From Nitrososphaerales archaeon (GTDB taxonomy: Archaea > Thermoproteota > Nitrososphaeria > Nitrososphaerales > JACPRH01): a stretch of 45,649 bases of DNA. Numbering within the stretch: the stretch's first letter is position 1; the number at the start of each line of letters is the position of its first letter. Position numbers and translations under genes: made by a program. The DNA is taken from contig DATBXD010000234.1 in NCBI GenBank assembly GCA_036514475.1, forward strand, positions 1 to 45,649, given 5' to 3'. Under the pieces are notes generated by a model. That model worked only from the letters and a program-made list of their open reading frames with translations. It did not search any database and was not told the origin of the DNA. This document shows positions 18,680 through 27,708 of this stretch, one piece after another.

Positions 18680-20451
18680 AGTGGGTCGGTATTGCGTCTC
18701 ATTTTAATAATCTTGTCCAGTGTTCCAGATTCTTCTAAAGATAATCTCGATAGATACTTTTTGGTCAGTGTTTTTATTTCATTATTCTTAGGAACAGTGT
18801 ATAGCGTTTCGCCTTCTTGAATATGCCGCCCTATCGTAGGCTCGTTCATAGATACTGCTACCTCCGAGCCTTGCTCCACCTCATCGACGGATTTTCCTTT
18901 ATCTTGGAGCTGATGAATAGTACCAATTATTTTTCCTTCACTATTCATAACCTGAGCCTTTTGCTTTAACCTACCTACTAGTACCATGACACCAAAAATA
19001 GCAGGGTCATTGCGTCTGAATACGTAGCCTTTTAGAAACTTGAAGCTACTCGGAGGAGTTATTGTGTTGAACTCATCCCGTTCATAGGATTCTTTTTCTG
19101 ATTGAACCCAACTTGAATAATCCTCAATAAGACTATAGATTACGGGGTTCATGAAAAGCTTAACGTTACTATCCTCAATTTCCTTTTCGGCATCTGGTAG
19201 AATTCTTACGCCAAAATCCATAACTACACCTAGATACTTATCTTTGTCAGCTACGGTTCTTGCTTCAACAACGTCACGTCTTGTAACGGGACCGATATCG
19301 GCAACTCGAATGGGTATGTTGCGCAGTTTTAACATATCCACTAAAGCTTCAAGAGATCCAAGAGTATCTGACTTTAGCACGACACCTACACCATCAGTAT
19401 AAATGAAAGCACGTTTTATCTCATCAAAAACAGTTCTTTTTATTTCTTCGACGTCATCGTTTAGATCTAGTCCTACAAGCGGTGATCCTGCGAGAGTACC
19501 TTCAAGATCAGGGGTTACCAACTTAATACCAGATGCAGCAGAGATTGATTCAACTGAGCTGAATTTGTCACGAGGATCTCTCATCTCATCTAAAGGTTTT
19601 GGCATAAATATTGCTTTAACGCGACTAACAAAGGCTCCATCTCGCTTACCCATGATAACACTATCACCAATTTTGAGCACACCGTCAAGAAGGATAACGT
19701 TTGCTGTTGAACCTAGACTAGGCTCTTCTTTAACTTCTAAAACTATTCCCCGAGCCTTGCCTTTAGAGACGCCCAGTCGTTTCAACAAATACTGCTGAGT
19801 CAAGCCAATTAAGACAGTTAGAAGCTCAGGTATACCTTCCCCAGTCTTTGCACTAACCGGAACAATAGCTATTTCTTTCGTAAAGTCTTTAACTCGATTA
19901 TAAGATTCTGATTCAAATCCTATTCGAGAAAGTGAGCCTACAATTGAGTAGATACGATTATCTAGCTCATCTTGAACATATTTATTCTGACCTTTTATAG
20001 AATTTGACATAAACATGTCTTGTCCTCTTTTCCAGCTAGCTATCATATCGATTTTGTTGAGTGCAACAACAAATGGAACCTTCCTTCTTTTTAGTATTTC
20101 CACACTTTCTAATGTCTGAATCTCAAAGCCTTTGGATGAGTCAACAACCAATATCGAGATATCAGCGGCAGATCCTCCTCTACTTCTTAGATTAGTGAAT
20201 ACTTCATGACCTGGCGTATCTATGACTAATATTCCTGGTATCTGAAGTAAAATCCCAAGATGTTTAAGAAGTGGGCCACAAATTTCACTAATAGTGCTAA
20301 TAGGAAAGAAGCTCGCGCCTATATGTTGGGTAATACCTCCAGCTTCACGAGCTTGTACGGCAGTTCCCCTAATCTTATCTAGCAGTGAAGTTTTCCCTGA
20401 ATCTACGTGCCCCAATACAACTACGACAGGTTGTCTAATACCTTCAACCAT
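18667..20451 (-). CDS. infB: Translation initiation factor aIF5B (IF-2)
   Basis: GHVDSGKTSLLD, DTPGHE and NKID motifs, with no intein. Confidence 0.95.
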   Translation of the reverse strand: MVEGIRQPVVVVLGHVDSGKTSLLDKIRGTAVQAREAGGITQHIGASFFPISTISEICGPLLKHLGILLQIPGILVIDTPGHEVFTNLRSRGGSAADISILVVDSSKGFEIQTLESVEILKRRKVPFVVALNKIDMIASWKRGQDMFMSNSIKGQNKYVQDELDNRIYSIVGSLSRIGFESESYNRVKDFTKEIAIVPVSAKTGEGIPELLTVLIGLTQQYLLKRLGVSKGKARGIVLEVKEEPSLGSTANVILLDGVLKIGDSVIMGKRDGAFVSRVKAIFMPKPLDEMRDPRDKFSSVESISAASGIKLVTPDLEGTLAGSPLVGLDLNDDVEEIKRTVFDEIKRAFIYTDGVGVVLKSDTLGSLEALVDMLKLRNIPIRVADIGPVTRRDVVEARTVADKDKYLGVVMDFGVRILPDAEKEIEDSNVKLFMNPVIYSLIEDYSSWVQSEKESYERDEFNTITPPSSFKFLKGYVFRRNDPAIFGVMVLVGRLKQKAQVMNSEGKIIGTIHQLQDKGKSVDEVEQGSEVAVSMNEPTIGRHIQEGETLYTVPKNNEIKTLTKKYLSRLSLEESGTLDKIIKMRRNTDPLYGL

Positions 20452-20519
20452 GGAATACCCTGGCTTCCACTATCTTTTTAATATATTATCTAAGATAAGA
20501 CTCATTGAAACTGAATTTC

Positions 20520-20915
20520 TTAGAAAATGACGCGTGATTCTCGTTCAAAGCTTTTTGAAGAATCAGAGGCATGAATTATGTTTGTTGTGGTACCTAAACC
20601 AAAATCACCTCTGATAGTGCCTGGAGAAGCCTCATAGGATCTGGTCAACCCTATCATTAACCGCAGAGTGTTTACTGCGTTTTCACCATCTAAGACTATT
20701 GCAACGACTGGACCTGATGTCACAAATTCTACGAGAGGTTCAAAGAAAGATTCATTTGAATGCGTAGAATAAAAATCGACTGCTTGTTCACGTGTAAAAG
20801 TAAACATCTTTAGCTTAATTATTTCAAAACCTTTTCTTTCTATCCTAGAAATTATTTCACCCACCAACTTCCGCTTAACGCCGTCGGGTTTTATGACAAT
20901 AAGTGTCTGTGACAA
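20520..20915 (-). CDS. ndk: Nucleoside diphosphate kinase
   Basis: TLIVIKPDGV, active-site NIIHASDS. TTG start. Confidence 0.95.
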   Translation of the reverse strand: MSQTLIVIKPDGVKRKLVGEIISRIERKGFEIIKLKMFTFTREQAVDFYSTHSNESFFEPLVEFVTSGPVVAIVLDGENAVNTLRLMIGLTRSYEASPGTIRGDFGLGTTTNIIHASDSSKSFERESRVIF

Positions 20916-20945
20916 GAGAAATCACTCTGTTAAGGAGCCGCACAG

Positions 20946-21131
20946 TTATATGCGTGTTGTATATTTTAGGGTCCACTTATACTTTCTAGGATCCCTTTTA
21001 AGATCTATACTATTTTTTCGACATTTAGATGAACAGTAATAACGAATAGATCCATCGTTCTTAATGTATGCGACACCGATTGAAGGATAGATATCGTTAT
21101 TGCAATAGAAGCATTTCTTTAAGCTTAACAT
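20946..21131 (-). CDS. rpl24e: Ribosomal protein L24e (eL24)
   Basis: CFYCNNDIYPSIG...YYCSSKCRKN zinc-binding pattern. Confidence 0.9.
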   Translation of the reverse strand: MLSLKKCFYCNNDIYPSIGVAYIKNDGSIRYYCSSKCRKNSIDLKRDPRKYKWTLKYTTRI

Positions 21132-21141
21132 TAATCTAAAC

Positions 21142-21348
21142 CTACTTTATCTTCCTAGCTTCACGTTCAGTTTCTCTTAACATTAAAATATCGGCTAGAC
21201 GAACTGGTCCCTTAATATTTCTTGTCAGGATTCTACCCTTATCTTTTCCTTCAAGTAATTTCACACGCACTTGAGTTATCTCACCAGCTACTCCTGTTCT
21301 TCCGACTATCTGAATTACTTCAGATTGAGTGACCTTTTCCTCAGACAT
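21142..21348 (-). CDS. rps28e: Ribosomal protein S28e (eS28)
   Basis: [25 protein letters not shown]...[11 protein letters not shown]...RETEREARK. Confidence 0.95.
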   Translation of the reverse strand: MSEEKVTQSEVIQIVGRTGVAGEITQVRVKLLEGKDKGRILTRNIKGPVRLADILMLRETEREARKIK

Positions 21349-21363
21349 ACGCTGATTATCTCC

Positions 21364-21738
21364 TTAGTTCTTCTTTAATTTACTAACCGCACTAACAATC
21401 TGATCTACAAGTCCGTGCGCTTCACCTGCTTCAACTATGCAAGCTGAAGCTGATCCAACTTCCACTCCTAAAGCTGAACCTATTTGACTCTTGTTTGGAA
21501 CATAAATATACGGGGTATTGCGTTCTTCACATAAGATAGGCAAGTGAGCAACTATTTCTGGAGGTTCTACGTCTTCAGCTATAATTACGAGCTTAGCGAT
21601 GTTTCGTTCAATTGCTTTGGTTGCCTCGTTCGTACCTTTACGAATCTTACCAGTTTGTTTAGCCTGTCGAAGCGCCTCGTAACTCGCGTCGACTAACTCT
21701 TTGGGGGTTTCAAACTTTACATAATACGGCTTAGCCAT
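21364..21738 (-). CDS. rpl7ae: Ribosomal protein L7Ae (K-turn binding)
   Basis: [49 protein letters not shown] lies 7 nt upstream of the ATG. Confidence 0.95.
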   Translation of the reverse strand: MAKPYYVKFETPKELVDASYEALRQAKQTGKIRKGTNEATKAIERNIAKLVIIAEDVEPPEIVAHLPILCEERNTPYIYVPNKSQIGSALGVEVGSASACIVEAGEAHGLVDQIVSAVSKLKKN

Positions 21739-22002
21739 GGATTACATCCTCCACAACAACATTATTGAACCTATTTAACATATTAGGGTTCATCTATTTA
21801 TCGCCCTTCGAATAGACGGGAAAAAACCCAGTAATTAAATGTTGTCAAACCTGATGTATATAGATTAAAGTAAACAAATAGCTGAAAGAAGATATTTAGT
21901 AAGGGATTTCATATTCTTTTAAACTAATAAGTGCGATTAAGTTACGAAGAAATATTATTATCTTAGCTAACTTATTTAGCACCAGTTCACAAGCTTTAGA
22001 TA

Positions 22003-22689
22003 ATGCCAGAAACTAAGAAGAAACCCCAAGCACCGTGCTTCATAGAGGTTGAGAATCTTGAAGAATTCGCAAGGTTAGCATGTGCGTTTGAGAAGATCTC
22101 GTCGCCTATTTTTCATTTTGCAATTGAAAATGAACAAGTTCTAGCTGCAATACATGATATTTTCAGGGGAACCCAAGTTTTCTACTACGTAAAGACCAAC
22201 AAATGTAGTGAGTTTATAGCATATAGAAATACAGGTGAAAAGGAATTTGTTGAGATGAGTAATTCAACAAAAGAAGCAGCATGCACATATGCACCTATAA
22301 TATCCTTTGAGAAGTCTCCAAAAATATTTCACAAAGGAATTAGGGGAAAAATAAAAAGAGAAAAATACATTTCGATTCAAGTAAATGAATTAACAAGTTT
22401 ATGCAAGGTAGCTCTATATAAAATCGTTTTGGAGGAGCCTCCCGTACCAATATTTTGCTTCCAGAAAGGTGATAAATGGATAATTGGAACCTTCGCAAGC
22501 TTGGATGAATCTGATCAGGCTGCAATGTTTTTCTATTTGCAACTTAATAGAAGACCTGAATTTAACTTTGTTAGGTATTCAACCGTTAACCCGGAGAAAA
22601 CAATGTTGACTAATCGAACAGATGAGCATGGCTATTTATATGGAAAAATCATAAGACTAATTGGTATACACCCCCTGGTTGAACTTTAG
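22003..22689 (+). CDS. Hypothetical protein built from two tandem homologous modules
   Basis: 228-aa ORF ending 3 nt before pyrF. An internal repeat is visible: PIFHF...VFYYVKTNKCSEFIAYRNT against PIFCF...MFFYLQLNRRPEFNFVRYST. Confidence 0.6.
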   Translation: MPETKKKPQAPCFIEVENLEEFARLACAFEKISSPIFHFAIENEQVLAAIHDIFRGTQVFYYVKTNKCSEFIAYRNTGEKEFVEMSNSTKEAACTYAPIISFEKSPKIFHKGIRGKIKREKYISIQVNELTSLCKVALYKIVLEEPPVPIFCFQKGDKWIIGTFASLDESDQAAMFFYLQLNRRPEFNFVRYSTVNPEKTMLTNRTDEHGYLYGKIIRLIGIHPLVEL

Positions 22690-22692
22690 AAT

Positions 22693-23454
22693 ATGATAAA
22701 TCAGTTCGTTAAAGACATACGCAAAAGTGCGATTAATCATTCAAGTAATATAGTTTTAGCACTCGATTACGATAATAATAATTTAATTGACCTTGAAAAA
22801 CAATCAATTAGAATAATTAATAGCATTGGAAATAAGCTAGCTGCAATTAAGATTAATCACCACCTTATAATGCCACTTGGAATTAGAGATGAGGTTAAGC
22901 AAATAGTGGAAGAGGCTCATAACTTTGACCTTCAAGTCATAGCTGATTTGAAAATCAACGATATAGCATCGACGAATATAATTGCTGGCAATTATCTATG
23001 GAAAATAGGATTTGACGCAGTTATCGCTAATCCTATAGCTGGATATATTGATGGAATAGAACCGTTAGTAGAGCAAGCCCATGAATTTGGGAAAGGGGTT
23101 ATCCTGTTAGTCTATATGAGCCATAAAGGAGCAGAAGAGACTTACGGATTAACGATTATTGATAATTTGGGTCAAAGAAGAAAGCTTTACGAGGTTTTCT
23201 TGGAACATTCTGTAAATTGGGGTTCAGACGGAGTTGTTATTGGCGCCACCAGACCTGAAATTTTAGAGTATTCAGCTAGACGATTGAATGGAAAAATCCC
23301 GATTTTCTCCCCAGGTGTCGGTGCGCAAGGGGGTTCAGCTGTGGATGCCATTCGTGCAGGCGCAGAGTTCATTATTATAGGAAGATCGATTATTAACAGC
23401 GCCGACCCTGTCTCAGCTACTGAGAAAATACGATGTAAATTGATGACTAAGTAA
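22693..23454 (+). CDS. pyrF: Orotidine 5'-phosphate decarboxylase
   Basis: DLKINDIASTN (D-x-K-x-x-D-I) active-site motif and a C-terminal IIIGRSI phosphate-binding segment. Confidence 0.85.
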   Translation: MINQFVKDIRKSAINHSSNIVLALDYDNNNLIDLEKQSIRIINSIGNKLAAIKINHHLIMPLGIRDEVKQIVEEAHNFDLQVIADLKINDIASTNIIAGNYLWKIGFDAVIANPIAGYIDGIEPLVEQAHEFGKGVILLVYMSHKGAEETYGLTIIDNLGQRRKLYEVFLEHSVNWGSDGVVIGATRPEILEYSARRLNGKIPIFSPGVGAQGGSAVDAIRAGAEFIIIGRSIINSADPVSATEKIRCKLMTK

Positions 23455-23872
23455 AATTTAGAGCCTCTAGAAACTCGGTTGCAGACAAAAGGACATTCTT
23501 TGAATTTTTATATGTAACTTTGTTTAATGCTTCTTTGAAAGATAGCCAAGCGTAACCCTCGTGCTCATAAGACAAAACTATATTTCTTGTCCTAGTTCGC
23601 GCCAGTAACCACACTACTTCCTTATGTACAGGCATATGATCTCTACGATAGTGATATTCAATTCTTCTTTTGAAACCTTCGATGATTTCAATATCAGCGA
23701 TACCTGTCTCTTCTTTCACTTCACGCTTAACTGTATCTATTGGGCGCTCATCTTTCTCAATACTTCCTTTGGGAAAATCCCAATGACCCGACGGATAATG
23801 GAGAAGCAGAAAAGATTGATGACCATTTCGGTCGTCGAAAATAATAGCTCCAGCTGATCTTTCTTCTATCAT
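23447..23872 (-). CDS. Nudix hydrolase
   Basis: Nudix box GHWDFPKGSIEKDERPIDTVKREVKEETGI. Confidence 0.9.
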   Translation of the reverse strand: MIEERSAGAIIFDDRNGHQSFLLLHYPSGHWDFPKGSIEKDERPIDTVKREVKEETGIADIEIIEGFKRRIEYHYRRDHMPVHKEVVWLLARTRTRNIVLSYEHEGYAWLSFKEALNKVTYKNSKNVLLSATEFLEALNFT

Positions 23873-23950
23873 TGAAATTATATCGACTCACTCATTTGTT
23901 TTAAACCTTCATCTTTTAATCATATCTAAAATCTATTTGGCTCTTAATAT

Positions 23951-24754
23951 TTACGATTTTGTCCACATTATGGAATTTAACATCGCCTTATCGCAAGCCG
24001 CTACGTATGAGAACCGTTGTTTTGAATTTCGAAGATCAACTTTATCAATAACCATATTCAAGAAATCAATTGAGCCACCCGCTTGTTCAACAAGAAAAAG
24101 AGAGGCAATACAGTCAAATGACCTTAGATTGGGATTTATCTGTATGAAAGCATTTGATTTTCCAATAGCTACGTAAGCTGTTTCTAAAGCGGCAGAACCT
24201 AAGAAACGAGGATACTTGATTTTTGACAGTAAATAGTTTAGCCACTTTGCGTTATTTAGATCTTTATCAAGGAGTACGTTGACGCCTATGTATGATTCTT
24301 CTAAAGGTACGGATTTAGAAGGTTTTACTATTGAACCATTAACCATTACTTTTCCATGACCTTTGGACAGGAACCTATCGCCATGAACTAGATCAATTAC
24401 GCCAGATGATGCAACGTCGCAATACTTGTAACCATCTATAATTGATATCACTGAGGAATAGAAAGGTACGTTTTTTGATGCATTTGTGCTGCCGTCTATC
24501 GGGTCAATAAGGATTAGCGGGAAGCCGTCTTTTGGGCCAGTCACGCCAACTTCTTCGCTAACTATTATTGAATCCGGAAGATGCTTTCTAACTACACTTA
24601 GCATGGCAGCCTCAACCTCCTTATCAATGCGAAAAGTAAGATCTCCAAAGGCTCCTATGTTAATAGGATCAGCATATTTGCCATTTGAAAAAAGTTTTTT
24701 TACGGTTTTCTGTGCTGCATCGAAAGACTCATTGATAATATCTAGATAATTCAT
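23951..24754 (-). CDS. suhB: Inositol monophosphatase / fructose-1,6-bisphosphatase family protein
   Basis: VSEEVG and LIDPIDGSTN metal-binding motifs. It is divergent from the MIPS gene. Confidence 0.85.
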   Translation of the reverse strand: MNYLDIINESFDAAQKTVKKLFSNGKYADPINIGAFGDLTFRIDKEVEAAMLSVVRKHLPDSIIVSEEVGVTGPKDGFPLILIDPIDGSTNASKNVPFYSSVISIIDGYKYCDVASSGVIDLVHGDRFLSKGHGKVMVNGSIVKPSKSVPLEESYIGVNVLLDKDLNNAKWLNYLLSKIKYPRFLGSAALETAYVAIGKSNAFIQINPNLRSFDCIASLFLVEQAGGSIDFLNMVIDKVDLRNSKQRFSYVAACDKAMLNSIMWTKS

Positions 24755-24811
24755 ATACCCAACATAGCTTAATGCACCGTTAAATAAATTATAACATTTC
24801 TATGGGAAACC

Positions 24812-24826
24812 TTTTTTATGTATATG
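24812..24826 (+). promoter_or_regulatory. Candidate TATA box for the myo-inositol-1-phosphate synthase gene
   Basis: TTTTTTATGTATATG is centred about 29 nt upstream of ATG 24849, which suggests a leaderless transcript. Confidence 0.35.
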
Positions 24827-24848
24827 TCAGGGTGAGTTTTGGCGCTCT

Positions 24849-25916
24849 ATGGGAAAAGTCAAAGTAGCTGTTGTAGGAGTTGGAAACTGCGCATCAGCGC
24901 TGATTCAGGGAGTCCATTTCTACAAGGATAAGAAACCTGATGAGGCAATTGGTCTAGTGGAATTTAAGCTAGGGGGACTAGTCCCTGGCGATATTGAATT
25001 TGTACTTGCTATAGATGTGGATAGCGGGAAAGTTGGAAAAGACCTTTCCGAAGCCATTTACCAGCCACCGAATAATACGGTGAGAATAGCAGATGTTCCT
25101 AACTTAGGGGTTGAAGTCAAAAAAGGACCTGTTCTTGACGGAATCGGAAAATATATCTCAGAAAAGGTAACGGTCAGTAAGAAGCAAACAGTAAATGTAT
25201 CAAAAGAGATTAGGGATTCTGGGGCTGAGATAGTTTTATGCTACGTTCCTGTAGGCAGTAATGACGCGGCAAAGTTCTATGCTGAAGAGTCGATAAAAGG
25301 AGGAGCTGCATTCATAAACGCAATGCCTGTCTTCATCGCTTCTGATTCAGTTTGGCAGAGAAAATTTACTGAATCTAGATTACCTGTTTCCGGCGACGAT
25401 GTGATGAGTCAACTCGGAGCCACCGTGCTTCATAAAACCATTGTGAAGCTGTGTGCCGACAGAGGAGTAAAAGTTGATGAGACTTACCAGTTGAACTTAG
25501 GTGGAGACACCGATTTCCTAAACATGCAAGAGGAAGAGAGATTAGTTCACAAACGAGAGAGCAAGACTAGTGCAGTTCGAGCAATGACGGAGTATAAAGT
25601 TCCCACTAGAATAGGGCCAAGTGACTATGTTGGTTTTCTGAACAATGATAAAATATGTTATGTTTACTTGAAGGGTAGATACTTTGGAAACATCCCGCTT
25701 ATGATTGATGTTAAGCTCCATGTTGTCGACGCTTACAATAGTGCAGGAGTTATGATAGACGCAGTCAGAGGTACAAAGGTGGCTCTTCAAAGAGGTGTTT
25801 CTGGAGCAATGGAAAGCATCTCTGCATATTGCTTCAAACATCCCCCTATTCAGATGCCTTATAATGATGCAAAAAAAGCGTTTCTTGAGTTTATAGAAGG
25901 AAAACGTGAAAGGTAG
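24849..25916 (+). CDS. ino1: myo-Inositol-1-phosphate synthase (archaeal type)
   Basis: N-terminal VAVVGVGNCASALIQG, NLGGDTDFLN, and a C-terminal catalytic region. Confidence 0.85.
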   Translation: MGKVKVAVVGVGNCASALIQGVHFYKDKKPDEAIGLVEFKLGGLVPGDIEFVLAIDVDSGKVGKDLSEAIYQPPNNTVRIADVPNLGVEVKKGPVLDGIGKYISEKVTVSKKQTVNVSKEIRDSGAEIVLCYVPVGSNDAAKFYAEESIKGGAAFINAMPVFIASDSVWQRKFTESRLPVSGDDVMSQLGATVLHKTIVKLCADRGVKVDETYQLNLGGDTDFLNMQEEERLVHKRESKTSAVRAMTEYKVPTRIGPSDYVGFLNNDKICYVYLKGRYFGNIPLMIDVKLHVVDAYNSAGVMIDAVRGTKVALQRGVSGAMESISAYCFKHPPIQMPYNDAKKAFLEFIEGKRER

Positions 25917-26020
25917 TTTCAAGCATCATAATTAATTTATTAGTTCATTCCGAAATGTGACTTTCATTAATCTGGCTGGAAACGGTTAAATCTGAATATA
26001 TCTAAACTATTAACAATAGG

Positions 26021-27694
26021 ATGGTGTCAATGAGAATGAATCAAAAAACAAGGTATGGTGAGACATTTATTCAGCAGACACAAAGCATCTGTCCTGAGTG
26101 TAATTGCATAATAGATGCTATGATATTTGAGAAATTTTCGAAAGTTTGGATAAGAAAAGAATGTCTAGAACATGGTGAATTTGAAGATTTGTACTTTGGT
26201 TCATATGACACGTATCTCAGATTCAGTAAATATGCTGGTGAAGGAAGATTAATTGATAATCCTCAAATTAGAAAAGATAGTTACAATTGCCCAGAAGATT
26301 GCGGTTTATGCGGAGCACATCTTAGTCACACAGCGCTGGCAAATATTGTTGTGACTAACAGGTGTGATCTTAGTTGCTGGTATTGCTTCTTCTACGCGAA
26401 GAAGGGAGAGGAAGAAGGAGCTTATGTGTATGAACCTACCCTCCAGCAGATCAGGGAAATGACAAGAACCCTTAGGGCTGAAAAACCTGTCCCTGGTAAT
26501 GCTGTTCAGATAACTGGAGGTGAACCAGCACTTAGAGATGATATCGTCGAAATAATAAAGATGATTAAAGAAGAAGGCGTAGATCATGTTCAGTTTAACA
26601 CTAATGGGATAAAACTCGCCACTGACAAGGAATTTGCCAACAAAATCAGGTCAGCTGGGGTGAATACAGTTTATCTTAGCTTTGATGGAGTCACTTCAAA
26701 AACCAATCCAAAGAACCATTGGGAAGTCCCTTACGCGTTGGATAACTGTAGGGCAGTAGGCATGGGGGTTGTTCTGGTGCCGACTGTAATGAGAACAGTA
26801 AATGATCATGAAATCGGGGCAATCATAAGATACGCTCAAAGAAACATGGATACTATCCGCGCAATAAATTTTCAGCCAGTTTCTCTGGTTGGGAGAATGC
26901 CTAAAGAAGAACGTATGAAGTTTAGAATAACAATCCCAGACTGCATTAAGCTTGTTGAGGATCAAACGGACGGTGAAATTACAGATTCAGATTGGTTCCC
27001 TGTTCCAGCTTGTTCACCAATTACGCACTTTGTGGAGGCCTTGACTAAAAAAGCCCAATATGATTTGTCAATTCATTTCGCATGTGGTGCTGGAACTTAC
27101 CTCTTTAGAGAAGAAGATAGGCTTCGTCCATTATCTTCATTTCTGGACATAGATGGCTTATTGGAATATTTGGAAGAAAAGAAGGATGAGTTAAACAGTG
27201 GATCGAGCAAGTACATAGTTGGTGCTCGAATTCTTAATAAAATAGGAACTTTTGTCGATAAGAAAAAGCAGCCAAAAGACCTGAGTATTGCGAAGATGTT
27301 TTTTAATGCATTAGTTTACCATGACTATGGTGCTCTTGCTGATTTTCATAAGAAAACACTATTTATTGGCATGATGCATTTTCAGGATAAGTACAATCAA
27401 GATATTGAGAGGGTTAAACGATGCGATATACATTATCTAACACCAGATAATAGAATAATACCGTTCTGTGCGTTCAACGTTATCCCTGAAATGTACAGAG
27501 ACGTTATCCAGAAACAATATGGCCTACCAACTGATGAATGGGAGAGGAAAACAGGTAAGACACTTGAAGACTTTATGTACAGAGGGGATTTGAGACGCCA
27601 AACTCACCATGCTAATTGTGGTTGTCCGAAGGCTGGAAATCAATCAGATCATTATCTAGATGCGAGCTATAAGAGCTTCTTAACTGCTCAGTAG
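26021..27694 (+). CDS. Radical SAM enzyme, probably of the tetraether lipid synthase (Tes / GDGT-MAS, COG1964-like) family
   Basis: N-terminal Zn-ribbon-like CPECNC...CLEHGEF, a second Cys cluster CPEDCGLCGAH, the radical SAM CX3CX2C motif (NRCDLSCWYC), and the GGE motif QITGGEPALR. Family assignment is from memory. Confidence 0.6.
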   Translation: MVSMRMNQKTRYGETFIQQTQSICPECNCIIDAMIFEKFSKVWIRKECLEHGEFEDLYFGSYDTYLRFSKYAGEGRLIDNPQIRKDSYNCPEDCGLCGAHLSHTALANIVVTNRCDLSCWYCFFYAKKGEEEGAYVYEPTLQQIREMTRTLRAEKPVPGNAVQITGGEPALRDDIVEIIKMIKEEGVDHVQFNTNGIKLATDKEFANKIRSAGVNTVYLSFDGVTSKTNPKNHWEVPYALDNCRAVGMGVVLVPTVMRTVNDHEIGAIIRYAQRNMDTIRAINFQPVSLVGRMPKEERMKFRITIPDCIKLVEDQTDGEITDSDWFPVPACSPITHFVEALTKKAQYDLSIHFACGAGTYLFREEDRLRPLSSFLDIDGLLEYLEEKKDELNSGSSKYIVGARILNKIGTFVDKKKQPKDLSIAKMFFNALVYHDYGALADFHKKTLFIGMMHFQDKYNQDIERVKRCDIHYLTPDNRIIPFCAFNVIPEMYRDVIQKQYGLPTDEWERKTGKTLEDFMYRGDLRRQTHHANCGCPKAGNQSDHYLDASYKSFLTAQ

Positions 27695-27708
27695 GTAATG
27701 CTGATTCA

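Noticed and set aside
21786-21829. Possible L7Ae-binding K-turn in the rpl7ae leader (GGGTT...AACCC stem enclosing a CCC/GGG hairpin and GA-containing single strands)
   Set aside because: L7Ae autoregulation through a leader K-turn is known in some archaea. Here I could not fit the canonical C-stem, 3-nt bulge and tandem G.A geometry, and the nearest TATA-like element may place the TSS inside the structure.
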